Shown here in pieces: positions 45,951-55,904 of a stretch of DNA of 64,000 bases. The stretch covers positions 23,895 to 87,894 of the forward strand of contig DATKXS010000038.1 in the NCBI GenBank assembly GCA_035528895.1. Direction: 5' to 3'. A program made the translations under genes and the position numbers. Every line of letters starts with the position of its first letter. Position 1 is the stretch's first letter. The stretch is from Candidatus Desulfaltia sp. GTDB lineage: Bacteria > Acidobacteriota > Aminicenantia > Aminicenantales > UBA8522. The notes below the pieces were generated by a model. The model had not been told where the DNA came from. It made no database searches and saw nothing but the letters and a program-made list of their open reading frames with translations.

Positions 45951-48110
45951 CTAGAACCTTGTTTTCAACGAGAGACCGACCGTCCTCCCGGCCACCGGAA
46001 ATCCAAAGCGCTCCTGGTATCTCGCATCGAACAGATTGCGGACAAAGGCATTGACCTCCAGGTTAGAAAAAACAGGATAGCGCAATTCCAGGTCAAACCG
46101 GGCATAGCCGGGCTGGCTGCGGACTCTCATCTGCGTATTGTAGAGAGTGTTGTTATTGTAGATGACCCTCTGCTCCGAGACCGCCTGGACGAAGAGCCCC
46201 AGGCTGGCGTTGTTCCGCATCCTGTAGCGGACGCCGAAATTCGCCTTGTGCGCAGGGAGACCGGGGATCTCGTCAAAAGCCGCGTCTTGCAGATCCACGA
46301 AGAGCGGGATGAACGTGTCCCCCTCTGTCCGGCTCCGCTGATAGCCGTAGTTCAGGAAAGTCGACCAGCCTCTCCCCCACTGCTGGACGATTTCCATCTC
46401 GATCCCGTAGAGCCGAGCGTCGTCGATATTGTAGGAAACGAAATTGATCAGGTCGAACTGGATGTAATTGCGGATCTTGTAAAAATAGGGCGAGATCTCA
46501 ATTTGCGTGTTCGTCGGCAACAGCGTCCGCCACCCGGCCTGCAACATGACCCCATCCTCGTGATGGAAAGGGAGGCCGCTCGTGTTGACGCCGGCATCAT
46601 CGGGATCATAATGCCAGTAGTGCTCAGGGGCCGTGGGCATTCGCAGCGCTCGGGCGAGGCTGAAATAAAGGGAACTGTCTCCGGAGTCCAGATAGGTTAT
46701 TTTCAACGAGGGGGCCCAACCGTTCATCCTTATATCGGGAATGAGCTCGAGCTCCCCGGCGGGGCCGGCCAGGCCTTTATAGGACATGTAGCGAAAGCCC
46801 GGGGTGATAAAAAGCCGGTCTTCCCAGACGTAAAGGTCGGTTAGCGCATAGAGCCCCAGATTTTGGGCAGAGACATAATTTCTATTGCGGAAAGGTGCCC
46901 GGAAATCATCTCCTTTGTTGGCATCACCCTCATCGCTGAGATCGTCGTAATCCAATCCGGCCAAAAAAACATGACGGCTCCAAGTGCGCCTGTAAGAGGC
47001 CGAAAATCCCTGCGACCTGTCATCGTAGAAGATCTTATGGAACACCCGGTCGAGAGAGGCGCGCGTGTTATAGGCTTCGCGATTCCCGTAATTTCGCCAA
47101 TAGAACAGGCTCAGCACTCCGTCTTTGCCCAGGCTCTGTTCATACCCGAGCTCGAACAGCCATTTGTATTTGGTCCACCAACTTCCTGTTTCGGGATAGG
47201 CGCCCATCCCCCCGTACATGAATTCCCCGTCGGAGGGAAGAAATCCCGGGTCTTTCGCCTGTTCGTACTCGCGGTCGTCCGGACTTTTGGACAGCCGGTT
47301 AGAGACGATGAAACCTTTCTTGATCCGCGAATAAGAGATGTCCAAGGTCAGCCGACCCCGGAAAGAGAAATCATAGCCGAGGTGAGTGTTGAAATAGCCG
47401 AAATTCGTATTTCCGTTCCACAGGTAGCCGTTGCTCCGGGTCAATCGGCCGGTGAGCGCATATTCAAAGGCTCCCGGTTTATAAGCGTGATAGATATTAA
47501 CTCCCAGGGTGTTGAAGCTGGCGGCCGACAGGTCGACTTCTGTGGTCGGGGACTCGGACGGAAGGCGGCGGGGGATCAGGTTGAGTATCCCTCCCAGTGA
47601 ATTTCCGTACCTCGCGTCGCCGATCCCCTTGACAATCTCCACTCGGTCCACGTCCGTCAGGGGAATCATGGTGAAGTCGATAAAATAGCCGCCGGCGGCT
47701 CCCGACGTATTGAGAAGGCGGCCGTCCCTCAGGACCTTGATGCGCCGGCCGCTCAGGCCGCGGATCTTGATGGAATCGTCGTCCATGGCCGTACCCACTT
47801 CCTGGATCCTCTGGACACTGACCCCGGCCTGCCGTTCCAGAGCGGTATCGATGGTCGTACCGATGCTCATCGGAAAAAGCTCCGGCTTGACGACGGTCAT
47901 GTTGGGGATCTCGACGTCGCGCATCTTTTCGATGACGTCGATGACGATCTCATCCAGCTGGAAGAGCTTGGTCTCCTCTTTTTCGGAGGTCTTCTGCTCG
48001 TCCTTGGCTTTCTCCTTCTTGGCCTGTTTTTCCTGGTCGGACCGGGTCCATCCGAAACCGGCCAGGAGGAGGACTGCCAAAGCACTGCTCAACAGATTCT
48101 TCCAAAACAT
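45951..48110 (-). CDS. TonB-dependent outer-membrane receptor
   Basis: Signal peptide, TonB-box-like LDEIVIDV, plug domain (IRGLSGRRIKVLRDG...GGILNLI) and a long beta-barrel ending in a C-terminal Phe. Confidence 0.85.
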   Translation of the reverse strand: MFWKNLLSSALAVLLLAGFGWTRSDQEKQAKKEKAKDEQKTSEKEETKLFQLDEIVIDVIEKMRDVEIPNMTVVKPELFPMSIGTTIDTALERQAGVSVQRIQEVGTAMDDDSIKIRGLSGRRIKVLRDGRLLNTSGAAGGYFIDFTMIPLTDVDRVEIVKGIGDARYGNSLGGILNLIPRRLPSESPTTEVDLSAASFNTLGVNIYHAYKPGAFEYALTGRLTRSNGYLWNGNTNFGYFNTHLGYDFSFRGRLTLDISYSRIKKGFIVSNRLSKSPDDREYEQAKDPGFLPSDGEFMYGGMGAYPETGSWWTKYKWLFELGYEQSLGKDGVLSLFYWRNYGNREAYNTRASLDRVFHKIFYDDRSQGFSASYRRTWSRHVFLAGLDYDDLSDEGDANKGDDFRAPFRNRNYVSAQNLGLYALTDLYVWEDRLFITPGFRYMSYKGLAGPAGELELIPDIRMNGWAPSLKITYLDSGDSSLYFSLARALRMPTAPEHYWHYDPDDAGVNTSGLPFHHEDGVMLQAGWRTLLPTNTQIEISPYFYKIRNYIQFDLINFVSYNIDDARLYGIEMEIVQQWGRGWSTFLNYGYQRSRTEGDTFIPLFVDLQDAAFDEIPGLPAHKANFGVRYRMRNNASLGLFVQAVSEQRVIYNNNTLYNTQMRVRSQPGYARFDLELRYPVFSNLEVNAFVRNLFDARYQERFGFPVAGRTVGLSLKTRF

Positions 48111-48261
48111 GACCGTCTCCTTCCTCTGTTGTGTCCTATGCCCTGTGCGGGCCCCTGCGTATTGGCAATAATTATAGCATATTTCTGCCCGAAGCGATTC
48201 TCGGCTGGGCCCGTCCGCTAACCGGCGTACGACTGTTCGGTTTGTCGATCACAGGAGCGCA

Positions 48262-49674
48262 TCACAGCCGGACTTTCTCTGGTGGAGCCTTCCATTTCAG
48301 GAGGTAGGACGGATCGATCGTGATGTTGAGCCAACGTTCCAGCGTCTGGATCACCAGGTCTTTCTGATCCAGGTCCCGGATCTTCAGGCTGTGATTGGCC
48401 CCGGGCTGGACGACCTTCAGGACATCCAGGCTGGTCGCGGGCTCGACGGCAGCGGCCGTCCAGGGGTCGATCCCACCGTATATGTAGATGATGCGCTGGC
48501 CCTGGGTTTGCAGCCAGGGGATGACGTCCTGCATCACCTCGGGCCGGAAGACCAGGGTCACTCCCCGGGGAGCGAAAGCGCGATAGTCGGGTTAGGGGAC
48601 AGCCTGCAGAAGGCCATTCAGGTGATCATATACGTATGGACAGTAACCGATCTCGGTGAAGGCCTGGTAAAAAAGCGGCTGAAAATAAAGGAAGCCTTGA
48701 TCTGCATAATAGGAAGGTGAGGATACCGCCACCAGATGATCCAGAGCTCGCTGGTCGCCCGCATCCGCTCCGGGGATAGCGGCACAGTCCGTCTCCCGGC
48801 CATATTGCCAGAAGGCGAACGGATATTCCAGGGCGCAATATTCGAAGGCCTCCTCCTCGGGGATGATGCCAAAGACATAGCCTTTGCTCTCAGCGTACTG
48901 CCTGAAAAGAGGCATCAAGCGGGAGCGGCGGGAGAGGACCAGGCGCTGGAAGTTCCAGAGCTTTTGGCGGCATCCGGCCGATCCTACCGTTGTGAAGAAA
49001 GGAGCGAACCGGGGGTCATCGGGAAAGGGCATGATCGGCGCGACGTAGGCAACGGTCGCTTCAACATCCTCGGGATGGAAGCGGCGGTAGAAGAGGGCGG
49101 TCATACCCCCTTTGCTACCTCCAGTGCTGACCCATTTCCCCGGATAGAGCTCTCTCAACGCTTCCCGGATTCGGTGCTGGTCGTCGGCCGCCTGGCGGAT
49201 GGTCAAATATTGCCAGGCGGGCGGGACCGCACCGGGAAAGAAGCGATGGACAAGCATTATCTGGTTGGCCTGGAGCAGGACGGATAGCTCCGGCTCAGAA
49301 TTGCGGTTGATCCCATACCCTGAGGTATAAAAGACCATCGGGGCGTCATCGGCCCGGAGAGAGAGATAGAAGCGCTGGCTGAAAGTTCCCGCGGACGGGT
49401 CGACATGGTCCACCGGTTGAGTGATATCGACCTGGAAGGAGCTGGTGAAACCCGAAAGCGTGGGGATCTGAACAGCCTGAACTCCGGGCAGCGCCTGCAG
49501 TTTCTGAAGAAGGGTCTGGGAAGTAGGAGTGGGCGCCGGTGTTTCATCGGTTTTGCGGGAGCAGGAAGCGATAATAAGGCTGACGAGGGCAAGTCCGGCC
49601 AGGGCTCGGCGGAAAAGGTGACGTCGCCGATTGAGGCTTCTTTCTTTCATCGGCCTGCCGCTTGCTTCATTCAT
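48262..49674 (-). pseudogene. S37-like (tripeptidyl-aminopeptidase-type alpha/beta hydrolase) secreted peptidase interrupted by a frameshift
   Basis: The 360-aa N-terminal ORF has a signal peptide and a GGSKGGM nucleophile-elbow-like motif. The 99-aa C-terminal ORF (IYIYGGIDPWTA...PGANH) is in another frame. Junction near 48561-48594. Confidence 0.5.
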
Positions 49675-49779
49675 TTCATTTATACCAGATTATGCTCAAA
49701 AAATGGAGTCTTCCGGAGTCCTGTCTCAAGTTGACAAGGCCATAGGCTATGGTAGAATAAAATTGAAGTCAGGCCGAAA

Positions 49780-50250
49780 ATGCTAAAGAGGGCGGGCTTT
49801 GTGGCCATGCTTATCTTTATCTCCGGATGCACTAACCCCTTTTCGCCCGACCACCCTTCACTCAAAGGCCTCCTTGCCGCTCCCGAAGAAATCACGATGG
49901 ACGGCCGGAGACTCACGCTGGAAACGTATCTCTGGCGTAACTTGATGCCCGGAGGAGAACAGGTAGAGCGCCCGCTCTTGGCCCTTATCCGTGTGACGGC
50001 CGTCGACAGGCTGCCTTTTCCCTCAACCGTCGACGCAGACCGCTTGTGGATAGTCTACCAGGGTGCCATATGGGAAAAAGAGCTTTTTGAAACCATGAAT
50101 GAAAGCCCGCATCAGCTCTCCAAGATGGCCAGAGAGGGGCCGGAATGGGGTCCCTCCGTATATGTGGATGCCATCGTGAGGATTGTCCACATCAGCGGGG
50201 GCAGATACCTGCTACGGGCTTCCCATCAGCTCATTGGCGCCGCCTACTGA
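49780..50250 (+). CDS. Lipoprotein, hypothetical
   Basis: Lipobox (MLIFISGC); no recognisable domain. Confidence 0.45.
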   Translation: MLKRAGFVAMLIFISGCTNPFSPDHPSLKGLLAAPEEITMDGRRLTLETYLWRNLMPGGEQVERPLLALIRVTAVDRLPFPSTVDADRLWIVYQGAIWEKELFETMNESPHQLSKMAREGPEWGPSVYVDAIVRIVHISGGRYLLRASHQLIGAAY

Positions 50251-50342
50251 AGAACCCCTTCAGTCTGCCAGTTCATCTCAGCGCCAGATTTGAACTTGAA
50301 AAGAGGCTCTTTTTTGTTTAGAGTTCTGCCCAGGAGGAGGAA

Positions 50343-51335
50343 ATGAAAAAGAGTCTGCTCGTACTTTTCGTCCTGATAATTGTGGTCTCCCTCCCTGCTC
50401 AGCAAAGAAGGATGAGACCGGTCCACACTTATTCGATTGTGGCCATTGACAGGGAAACGGGCGAGCTGGGTGCGGCGGTGCAATCCCACTGGTTCTCGGT
50501 CGGTTCGAGCGTCATCTGGGCGGAATCGGGAATCGGGGCGGTCTGTACCCAGTCTTTCATCGAGGCCTCATACGGCCCGCTCGGACTTGAGCTCATGCGG
50601 GCTGGAAAGACGGCCGAAGAGGCCCTGGCCGGGCTGCTCAAGGCTGACCGGTTCGAAGCCGTCCGTCAGGTGGCCATGATCGATGCCCAAGGTCGGGCGG
50701 CCGGGCACACAGGAAAAAGCTGTATCCCGGAAGCCGGGCATATCGTCGGCGACGGGTATAGCTGCCAGGCCAACCTGATGCTCAAGAATACGGTCTGGAA
50801 CGCCATGTCAAAAGCTTTTGAGAACACCAAAGGCGAACTCGTCGATCGCCTCATGGCCGCGCTCGAGGCCGCAGAGGGGGAAGGCGGCGATATCCGAGGC
50901 AGGCAGTCCGCGGCCATCATCGTCGTCAAGGGCATGAGCTCCGGGGCCTGGTGGAAGGACAGGATCTATGACCTCAGGGTCGAGGACCATCCCGCCCCCC
51001 TCGTCGAGCTCAAGAGGCTCATCCGGCTGAACAAAGCCTACAATTTCATGAACAAGGGCGATGAACTTCTGACCGAGAACAAGGTCGAGGAGGCCATGAA
51101 GTCTTACACCCGGGCGATGGAGATGTACCCGGATAATGCCGAGATGGTCTTCTGGCCGGCGGTCACGCTCGCCTCCACGGGAAAAGTGGAGGAGAGTCTG
51201 CCCTTATTCAAGAAAGTGTTCGCCATGGACCAAAATTGGGCCGTCCTGGTGCCGCGGCTTCCCCAGGTCGGTCAGCTCCCCAAGGACAAGGGACTGCTCA
51301 AGAAGATCTTGGCCCAAGCACCAAAAAAGCAATAG
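50343..51335 (+). CDS. DUF1028 family protein (Ntn-hydrolase-like) with C-terminal TPR-like tail
   Basis: Signal peptide, then HTYSIVAIDRETGELGAAVQSHWFSVGSSVIWAESGIGAVCTQ and QSAAIIVV, which match DUF1028 closely. Confidence 0.7.
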   Translation: MKKSLLVLFVLIIVVSLPAQQRRMRPVHTYSIVAIDRETGELGAAVQSHWFSVGSSVIWAESGIGAVCTQSFIEASYGPLGLELMRAGKTAEEALAGLLKADRFEAVRQVAMIDAQGRAAGHTGKSCIPEAGHIVGDGYSCQANLMLKNTVWNAMSKAFENTKGELVDRLMAALEAAEGEGGDIRGRQSAAIIVVKGMSSGAWWKDRIYDLRVEDHPAPLVELKRLIRLNKAYNFMNKGDELLTENKVEEAMKSYTRAMEMYPDNAEMVFWPAVTLASTGKVEESLPLFKKVFAMDQNWAVLVPRLPQVGQLPKDKGLLKKILAQAPKKQ

Positions 51336-51366
51336 CCTCCATTCCAGGCAGACGGACTTCTATCAA

Positions 51367-51433
51367 TGCAACAAATTTCGTTGCATCATCCCCTCTTCTA
51401 CCCTCCCCCCTCGCGGGGGAGGGTGAGGGAGAG
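51367..51433 (+). terminator. Two consecutive stem-loops downstream of the DUF1028 gene (possible terminator, no U-tract)
   Basis: ATGCAAC-aaatttc-GTTGCAT (51367-51387) and a GC-rich CCCTCCCC-cctcgcg-GGGGAGGG stem extended imperfectly (about 51395-51433). Confidence 0.3.
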
Positions 51434-51544
51434 GGGGGTATCAAAGACGATCGCATTCATGATAATAGTACAGACGGAACGCTGCGTGCTTTCATTTTAT
51501 TTGAAAAGAGGACGATCCTTTTAGGAACTAGCGAAGGAGGTCAG

Positions 51545-52927
51545 ATGTCAAAGTCGTCACCGGGTAAAGTGAATCGGAGGGAATTCCTGAAGATTGGGGT
51601 AGCGGCCGGTCTTGGAACCGCCTTGGGGAAACCGACCCTGGCTACGAACAAAACCACAGCCTCGCCGGGCGCAGGGTCCGCTGGGGACACGCTGATCGAA
51701 TTCAGGGTCCCCCCGATCGACCCCGTCCGCATCGGGTTCGTCGGCGTCGGCGGCATGGGTTCGGCCCACGTCCGCAATTTCCTCAAAGTCGAGGGCGTCG
51801 AGATCAAGGCGGTCTGCGATATCGTCGAGGACAAGGTCGCCCGCATCCAAAGCTGGTGCGAGGAAGCCGGCCGGCCCAGGCCGGAAGGCTATTCCCGCGG
51901 CGACCGGGACTTCCAGCGCCTCTGCGACCGCGATGACCTCGACCTCGTCTTCACGGCCACTCCCTGGGAATGGCATGTCCCCGTCTGCCTGGCCGCCATG
52001 AAGGCGGGCAAGCACGCCGCCACCGAAGTGCCGGCGGCCTATACGACCGACGACTGCTGGGCGCTCGTCGAGACCGCCGAGAAAACGCGGCGTCACTGCA
52101 TCATGATGGAGAACTGCTGCTACGACCGTCCCGAGATGCTCTGCCTGAACCTGGTCAAGAAGGGGCTCCTCGGCGAGATCTTACAGGCCGAGGCGGGGTA
52201 TCTGCACGACCTGCGCGGCGTCAAGTTCAGCGGTCAGGGCGAGGCCTTGTGGCGGCCGCAGCATTCGGTCAAGCGGAACGGCAACCTTTATCCCACGCAC
52301 GGGTTGGGTCCGGTCAGTCAGTGTCTGGACATCAACCGCGGTGACCGCTTCGACTATCTCGTTTCGGTGAGCAGCAAGTCGATGGGGCTCAACCTCTACT
52401 GCGCCAAGAAATTCGGGCCGGACAGCCCCCAGGCCAGGCAGAAATACGCCCTCGGCGACGTCAATGTCTCGCTCATCCGGACGGTCAACGGCAAGGTCAT
52501 CACCCTCTACCACGACACCTCCTCGCCCCGCCCCTACAGCCGCATCCACATCGTCCAGGGAACGCAGGGGATCTTCGAGAAATATCCGGACCGTGTCTAT
52601 ATCGAAAGCCGAAGTCCCGCAGATGAATGGGAAGTGCTTGACAGCTACTATATCGAACACGACCATCCCGTCTGGAAGCGGCTCGAAGAGAGATCGAAAG
52701 GCGCCGGGCATGGAGGTATGGACTTCATCGAGGATTTCCGTCTTGTCGAAGCCCTGCGCAACGGCCGGCCCCTCGATATGGACGTCTATGACGCGGCCGC
52801 CTGGAGTGTCGTCACTCCGCTCAGCGAGAGATCAGCCGCCAAGCGTGGCCGGCCGCTGGATTTCCCCGACTTCACGCGAGGGCGCTGGAAAGAGCCGCGG
52901 CCGCTCCACGTCATGGAGGTTACCTGA
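51545..52927 (+). CDS. Tat-secreted Gfo/Idh/MocA-family NAD-binding oxidoreductase, GH109-like
   Basis: ATG after a GAAGGAGG RBS. Twin-arginine signal (RREFLKIGVAAGLG) and a GFVGVGGMGSAHV Rossmann motif. Architecture typical of GH109 alpha-N-acetylgalactosaminidase-like enzymes. Confidence 0.65.
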   Translation: MSKSSPGKVNRREFLKIGVAAGLGTALGKPTLATNKTTASPGAGSAGDTLIEFRVPPIDPVRIGFVGVGGMGSAHVRNFLKVEGVEIKAVCDIVEDKVARIQSWCEEAGRPRPEGYSRGDRDFQRLCDRDDLDLVFTATPWEWHVPVCLAAMKAGKHAATEVPAAYTTDDCWALVETAEKTRRHCIMMENCCYDRPEMLCLNLVKKGLLGEILQAEAGYLHDLRGVKFSGQGEALWRPQHSVKRNGNLYPTHGLGPVSQCLDINRGDRFDYLVSVSSKSMGLNLYCAKKFGPDSPQARQKYALGDVNVSLIRTVNGKVITLYHDTSSPRPYSRIHIVQGTQGIFEKYPDRVYIESRSPADEWEVLDSYYIEHDHPVWKRLEERSKGAGHGGMDFIEDFRLVEALRNGRPLDMDVYDAAAWSVVTPLSERSAAKRGRPLDFPDFTRGRWKEPRPLHVMEVT

Positions 52928-53678
52928 GCACGAGCTTGCGCCCGTTCCAGTCGAGGATCTTCATTCTCATCCCGTAAACGCTCTCCAGCAGCGGCTCCTG
53001 GAAGATCTCGTCCGGCCGGCCGCTGGCGACCACCTCCCCGTTCTTCATGAAGACCATGGAGTCCGCATACTGAACCGCCATCTCCAGGCTGTGCAGGGTG
53101 ACCAGGATCGTCTTTTGCTTTTCGATCGCCAGTTTCCTGACCAGCTGCAGGACCTCGGTCTCATGTTTGGGGTCGAGAAAAGTGGTCGGCTCGTCCATCA
53201 ACAGGATCGCTGATTTCTGGGCCAGAGCCCGGGCGATCAACACGAGTCGGCGCTCCCCGCTGCTGAGCTCGCTGATCGAACGTCCGGTGTATTCGCTCAG
53301 GCCGACGAACTCGAGCGCCTCCTCGGCGGCCTTTATATCTTCCTGCGACGGCAGGGCGAAAGGCGAGATATAGGCCGCCCGCCCCATTAAAACGAAATCG
53401 GCGACCTGGTAGTTGAAGACCGTGTCGTGCTCCTGGGGAACATAGCCGATGAGCCGGGCCCGCTCCTGGCTTCTCAAAGACATGATGTCCCGGCCGTCGA
53501 TGAACAGCGATCCTTTTGAGGCCGGAAGGACGGCCCCGATGCATTTCAGGAAGGTCGTCTTCCCGGCGCCGTTCGGCCCGACGATCGCTGTGATTTTGGC
53601 GCTCTCGAACTTGAGCGCCTCCACCTTGAGCGTAAAATTCTTATAGCTGAAGGACAGGTTTACGACGCGAACGCTCAC
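52920..53678 (-). CDS. ABC importer ATP-binding protein (iron-siderophore/cobalamin FecE/BtuD type)
   Basis: Walker A (GPNGAGKTT), signature (LSSGERR) and Walker B (LLMDEP). Confidence 0.85.
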   Translation of the reverse strand: MSVRVVNLSFSYKNFTLKVEALKFESAKITAIVGPNGAGKTTFLKCIGAVLPASKGSLFIDGRDIMSLRSQERARLIGYVPQEHDTVFNYQVADFVLMGRAAYISPFALPSQEDIKAAEEALEFVGLSEYTGRSISELSSGERRLVLIARALAQKSAILLMDEPTTFLDPKHETEVLQLVRKLAIEKQKTILVTLHSLEMAVQYADSMVFMKNGEVVASGRPDEIFQEPLLESVYGMRMKILDWNGRKLVLR

Positions 53679-54694
53679 AGCCAGACCTTCTTGGTTTTTT
53701 TCAGCAAAGCAAGGAAGATGGGAATCCCGACCAGGCTGGTGAAGATGCCGATCGGGATCTCGAGCGCGGAGACTCCCCGGATGATGTCGTCGGCCACCAG
53801 CATGATGCTCGCTCCCATGGCGGCGGACATAGGGATGACCAGCCGGTTGTCCGCCCCGAACATCAACCGGACGAAATGCGGCACGATGAACCCCACCCAG
53901 CCGATGATGCCGACGATGGACGTCCCGGCCGCGGTGATCAGGGTCGTGGCCGCGATGACCAGCATTTTCTCCCGGCGGACGTTGACGCCGAGGGAGCGGG
54001 CCTCTTCATCGCTCATCGACAGGACATTCAGCCGCCAGCGGAGCAGGAACAGAAGGATGAGCCCGACGGCGATGAGCGGCAGGGAGATGGCCAGGTCCTT
54101 CCAGGAGGCCAGCGACAGGCTGCCCATCAGCCAGAAGAAGAGGGCCTGGAGGACGTAGGGGCTGGCAAAAAATTCGACCAGGGACAGAAGCGCCGAAAAG
54201 AAGGCGGTCACGATGATCCCGGTGAGGAGGAGCGAAATGAAGTGGGACTCGGCCTGGCCGGAGATCAGGAGGACCACCCCGACCGCGACGAAGGCGAAAA
54301 CGAAGGCCCCGATCTGAGGAGGGAACGCCCGACCCAGGAAGACCAGGGAGAGCGCCGCGCCGAAAGCCGCCCCGGAGGAGATGCCGAGGATGTATTCATT
54401 GACCAGCGGATTTTTGAAGAGCGCTTGTAGCGAGGCCCCGGACACAGAGAGGGCGGCGCCGATGGCCACGGCCAAAAGGAGCCGGGGAAGCCGGATGCGC
54501 AGCAGGATATCGCGGTAAGCATCCGGCACCTCCGGATGGGAAGAGGGCGAAAACAGGGAAATCACGGTTTTATAAAGACCGCCCGGAGAGATCGCATAGC
54601 TGCCGATGCTCAACGAAATCAGGAAGAGGAGCAGCGGCAGGGCCAGGAAGAAAACGCGCCAGGCCTTTCCTCGCTTAGAGGCTTGTCCAATCAT
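53675..54694 (-). CDS. FecCD-family ABC importer permease
   Basis: 339 aa, 9-10 hydrophobic helices, FecCD/BtuC-like pattern. 4-nt overlap with the ATPase gene. Confidence 0.8.
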   Translation of the reverse strand: MIGQASKRGKAWRVFFLALPLLLFLISLSIGSYAISPGGLYKTVISLFSPSSHPEVPDAYRDILLRIRLPRLLLAVAIGAALSVSGASLQALFKNPLVNEYILGISSGAAFGAALSLVFLGRAFPPQIGAFVFAFVAVGVVLLISGQAESHFISLLLTGIIVTAFFSALLSLVEFFASPYVLQALFFWLMGSLSLASWKDLAISLPLIAVGLILLFLLRWRLNVLSMSDEEARSLGVNVRREKMLVIAATTLITAAGTSIVGIIGWVGFIVPHFVRLMFGADNRLVIPMSAAMGASIMLVADDIIRGVSALEIPIGIFTSLVGIPIFLALLKKTKKVWL

Positions 54695-55766
54695 CGAAAT
54701 CCAGGGTTTTTAGCAGAGTCGAAAAAATATTTTTCTTGCGGTAAAACGTCTCGAAAATCGCGTTGCCCTCTTTCTCGAGGTCGAGCCGGCCGAACTTTTC
54801 GGGGTGGAAAAGCCGGGCCAGGTAGAGTGTCTCGGCCAGCACGCCGGCCGGGTCCCACCAATACCAGAACCCGAACGTGTAGTAGACTTTTTTCGAACGG
54901 ACCGCTCTTACGGACCGAAGCCGAGCGTCACTGCTCACTCCCTCCACGGTGACCTGTCTCTCTCCGGGAAGGTAATTTCCGTGGATGAGAATGATCTCAG
55001 GGTCCCATTTGAGGATCTGCTCGAGGTTGACGATCGTCCCGATGGCCCCCGAAAAAGAAGGCAGGAGGTTTTCAGCGATGTTCCTCCCGCCGGCTGTGTC
55101 GACGGGCTCGTAAAAGACCGGGGTGCGGACCAGGGAAGACCAGAAAGCGAGGTAGACGACCGGTTTCTCTTCCTCCGGCAGCGGGCCGACGGAGTCGGTG
55201 ATGAACCGAACCTTCCGGCGGAAATAGCGGACCAGTTCCCCGGCCCGTTCCTCCAGGCCAGTCAAAGCCCCCACCAATTCGATCTCTTCAAGCAGCTTGT
55301 CGAACCTTCCCATGGAAGCGACCGCCGCCACCGGGATACCGAGGCTCCGCTCGATGGAATCCGGGACCTGCTGCTCGGTCGGTGAGCAAAAAATAACGTC
55401 CGGGTCGAGCCGGACGACCAGCTCCCTGTTCAAGCTTTCGTCCGGCTGGGAGACGACCGGCAGCTGCGCTCCTTCGGGGAAGATGATCTTGAACAGATGG
55501 TCGTTGCGCTTAACGAAATAATCCAACCCCACTAGGCGTTCCCCTGCCCCGAGAGCAATGAGGATCCGCGTGATCTCCGGCTGGAGAGAGAGGATCCGCT
55601 CCGCCCGGGGGGGGATGGCCACGTTGCGGCCGAGGGTGTCCCTGAGACCCGGTTTTTGGCCTGGCCGGGCGGCCCAGGAAAAAACGGCCGCCGCCAATAA
55701 AAGGATCGGGACAATACCCCAGGGAACAACGGCGTTCCGCAAACTGCTGGGACGTATTTCATTCAT
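54675..55766 (-). CDS. Periplasmic substrate-binding protein (class III, FhuD/BtuF-like) for the FecCD importer
   Basis: Signal peptide, then an ERILSLQPEITRILIALGAGERLVGLD block typical of siderophore/cobalamin-binding proteins. Start placed at the internal Met. Confidence 0.65.
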   Translation of the reverse strand: MNEIRPSSLRNAVVPWGIVPILLLAAAVFSWAARPGQKPGLRDTLGRNVAIPPRAERILSLQPEITRILIALGAGERLVGLDYFVKRNDHLFKIIFPEGAQLPVVSQPDESLNRELVVRLDPDVIFCSPTEQQVPDSIERSLGIPVAAVASMGRFDKLLEEIELVGALTGLEERAGELVRYFRRKVRFITDSVGPLPEEEKPVVYLAFWSSLVRTPVFYEPVDTAGGRNIAENLLPSFSGAIGTIVNLEQILKWDPEIILIHGNYLPGERQVTVEGVSSDARLRSVRAVRSKKVYYTFGFWYWWDPAGVLAETLYLARLFHPEKFGRLDLEKEGNAIFETFYRKKNIFSTLLKTLDFDDWTSL

Positions 55767-55904
55767 CGGCCAACTGCAAAACAACACCTCATTATAGGGG
55801 ATTCGGGGCAAAACTTAAACGCCCCCTTCTTCCTGATTCTTCACTCCCCTCTGCGATTTCTCTCAATAGACAGGGAATCGAAATGCGGCTGGGATGGCTA
55901 GGAC

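Noticed and set aside
48111-48261. Cobalamin riboswitch upstream of the TonB-dependent receptor
   Set aside because: The apparent leader is only about 50 nt, with TATAAT close to a GGAAGGAG RBS, and no B12-box-like sequence was visible. This is insufficient for a riboswitch.
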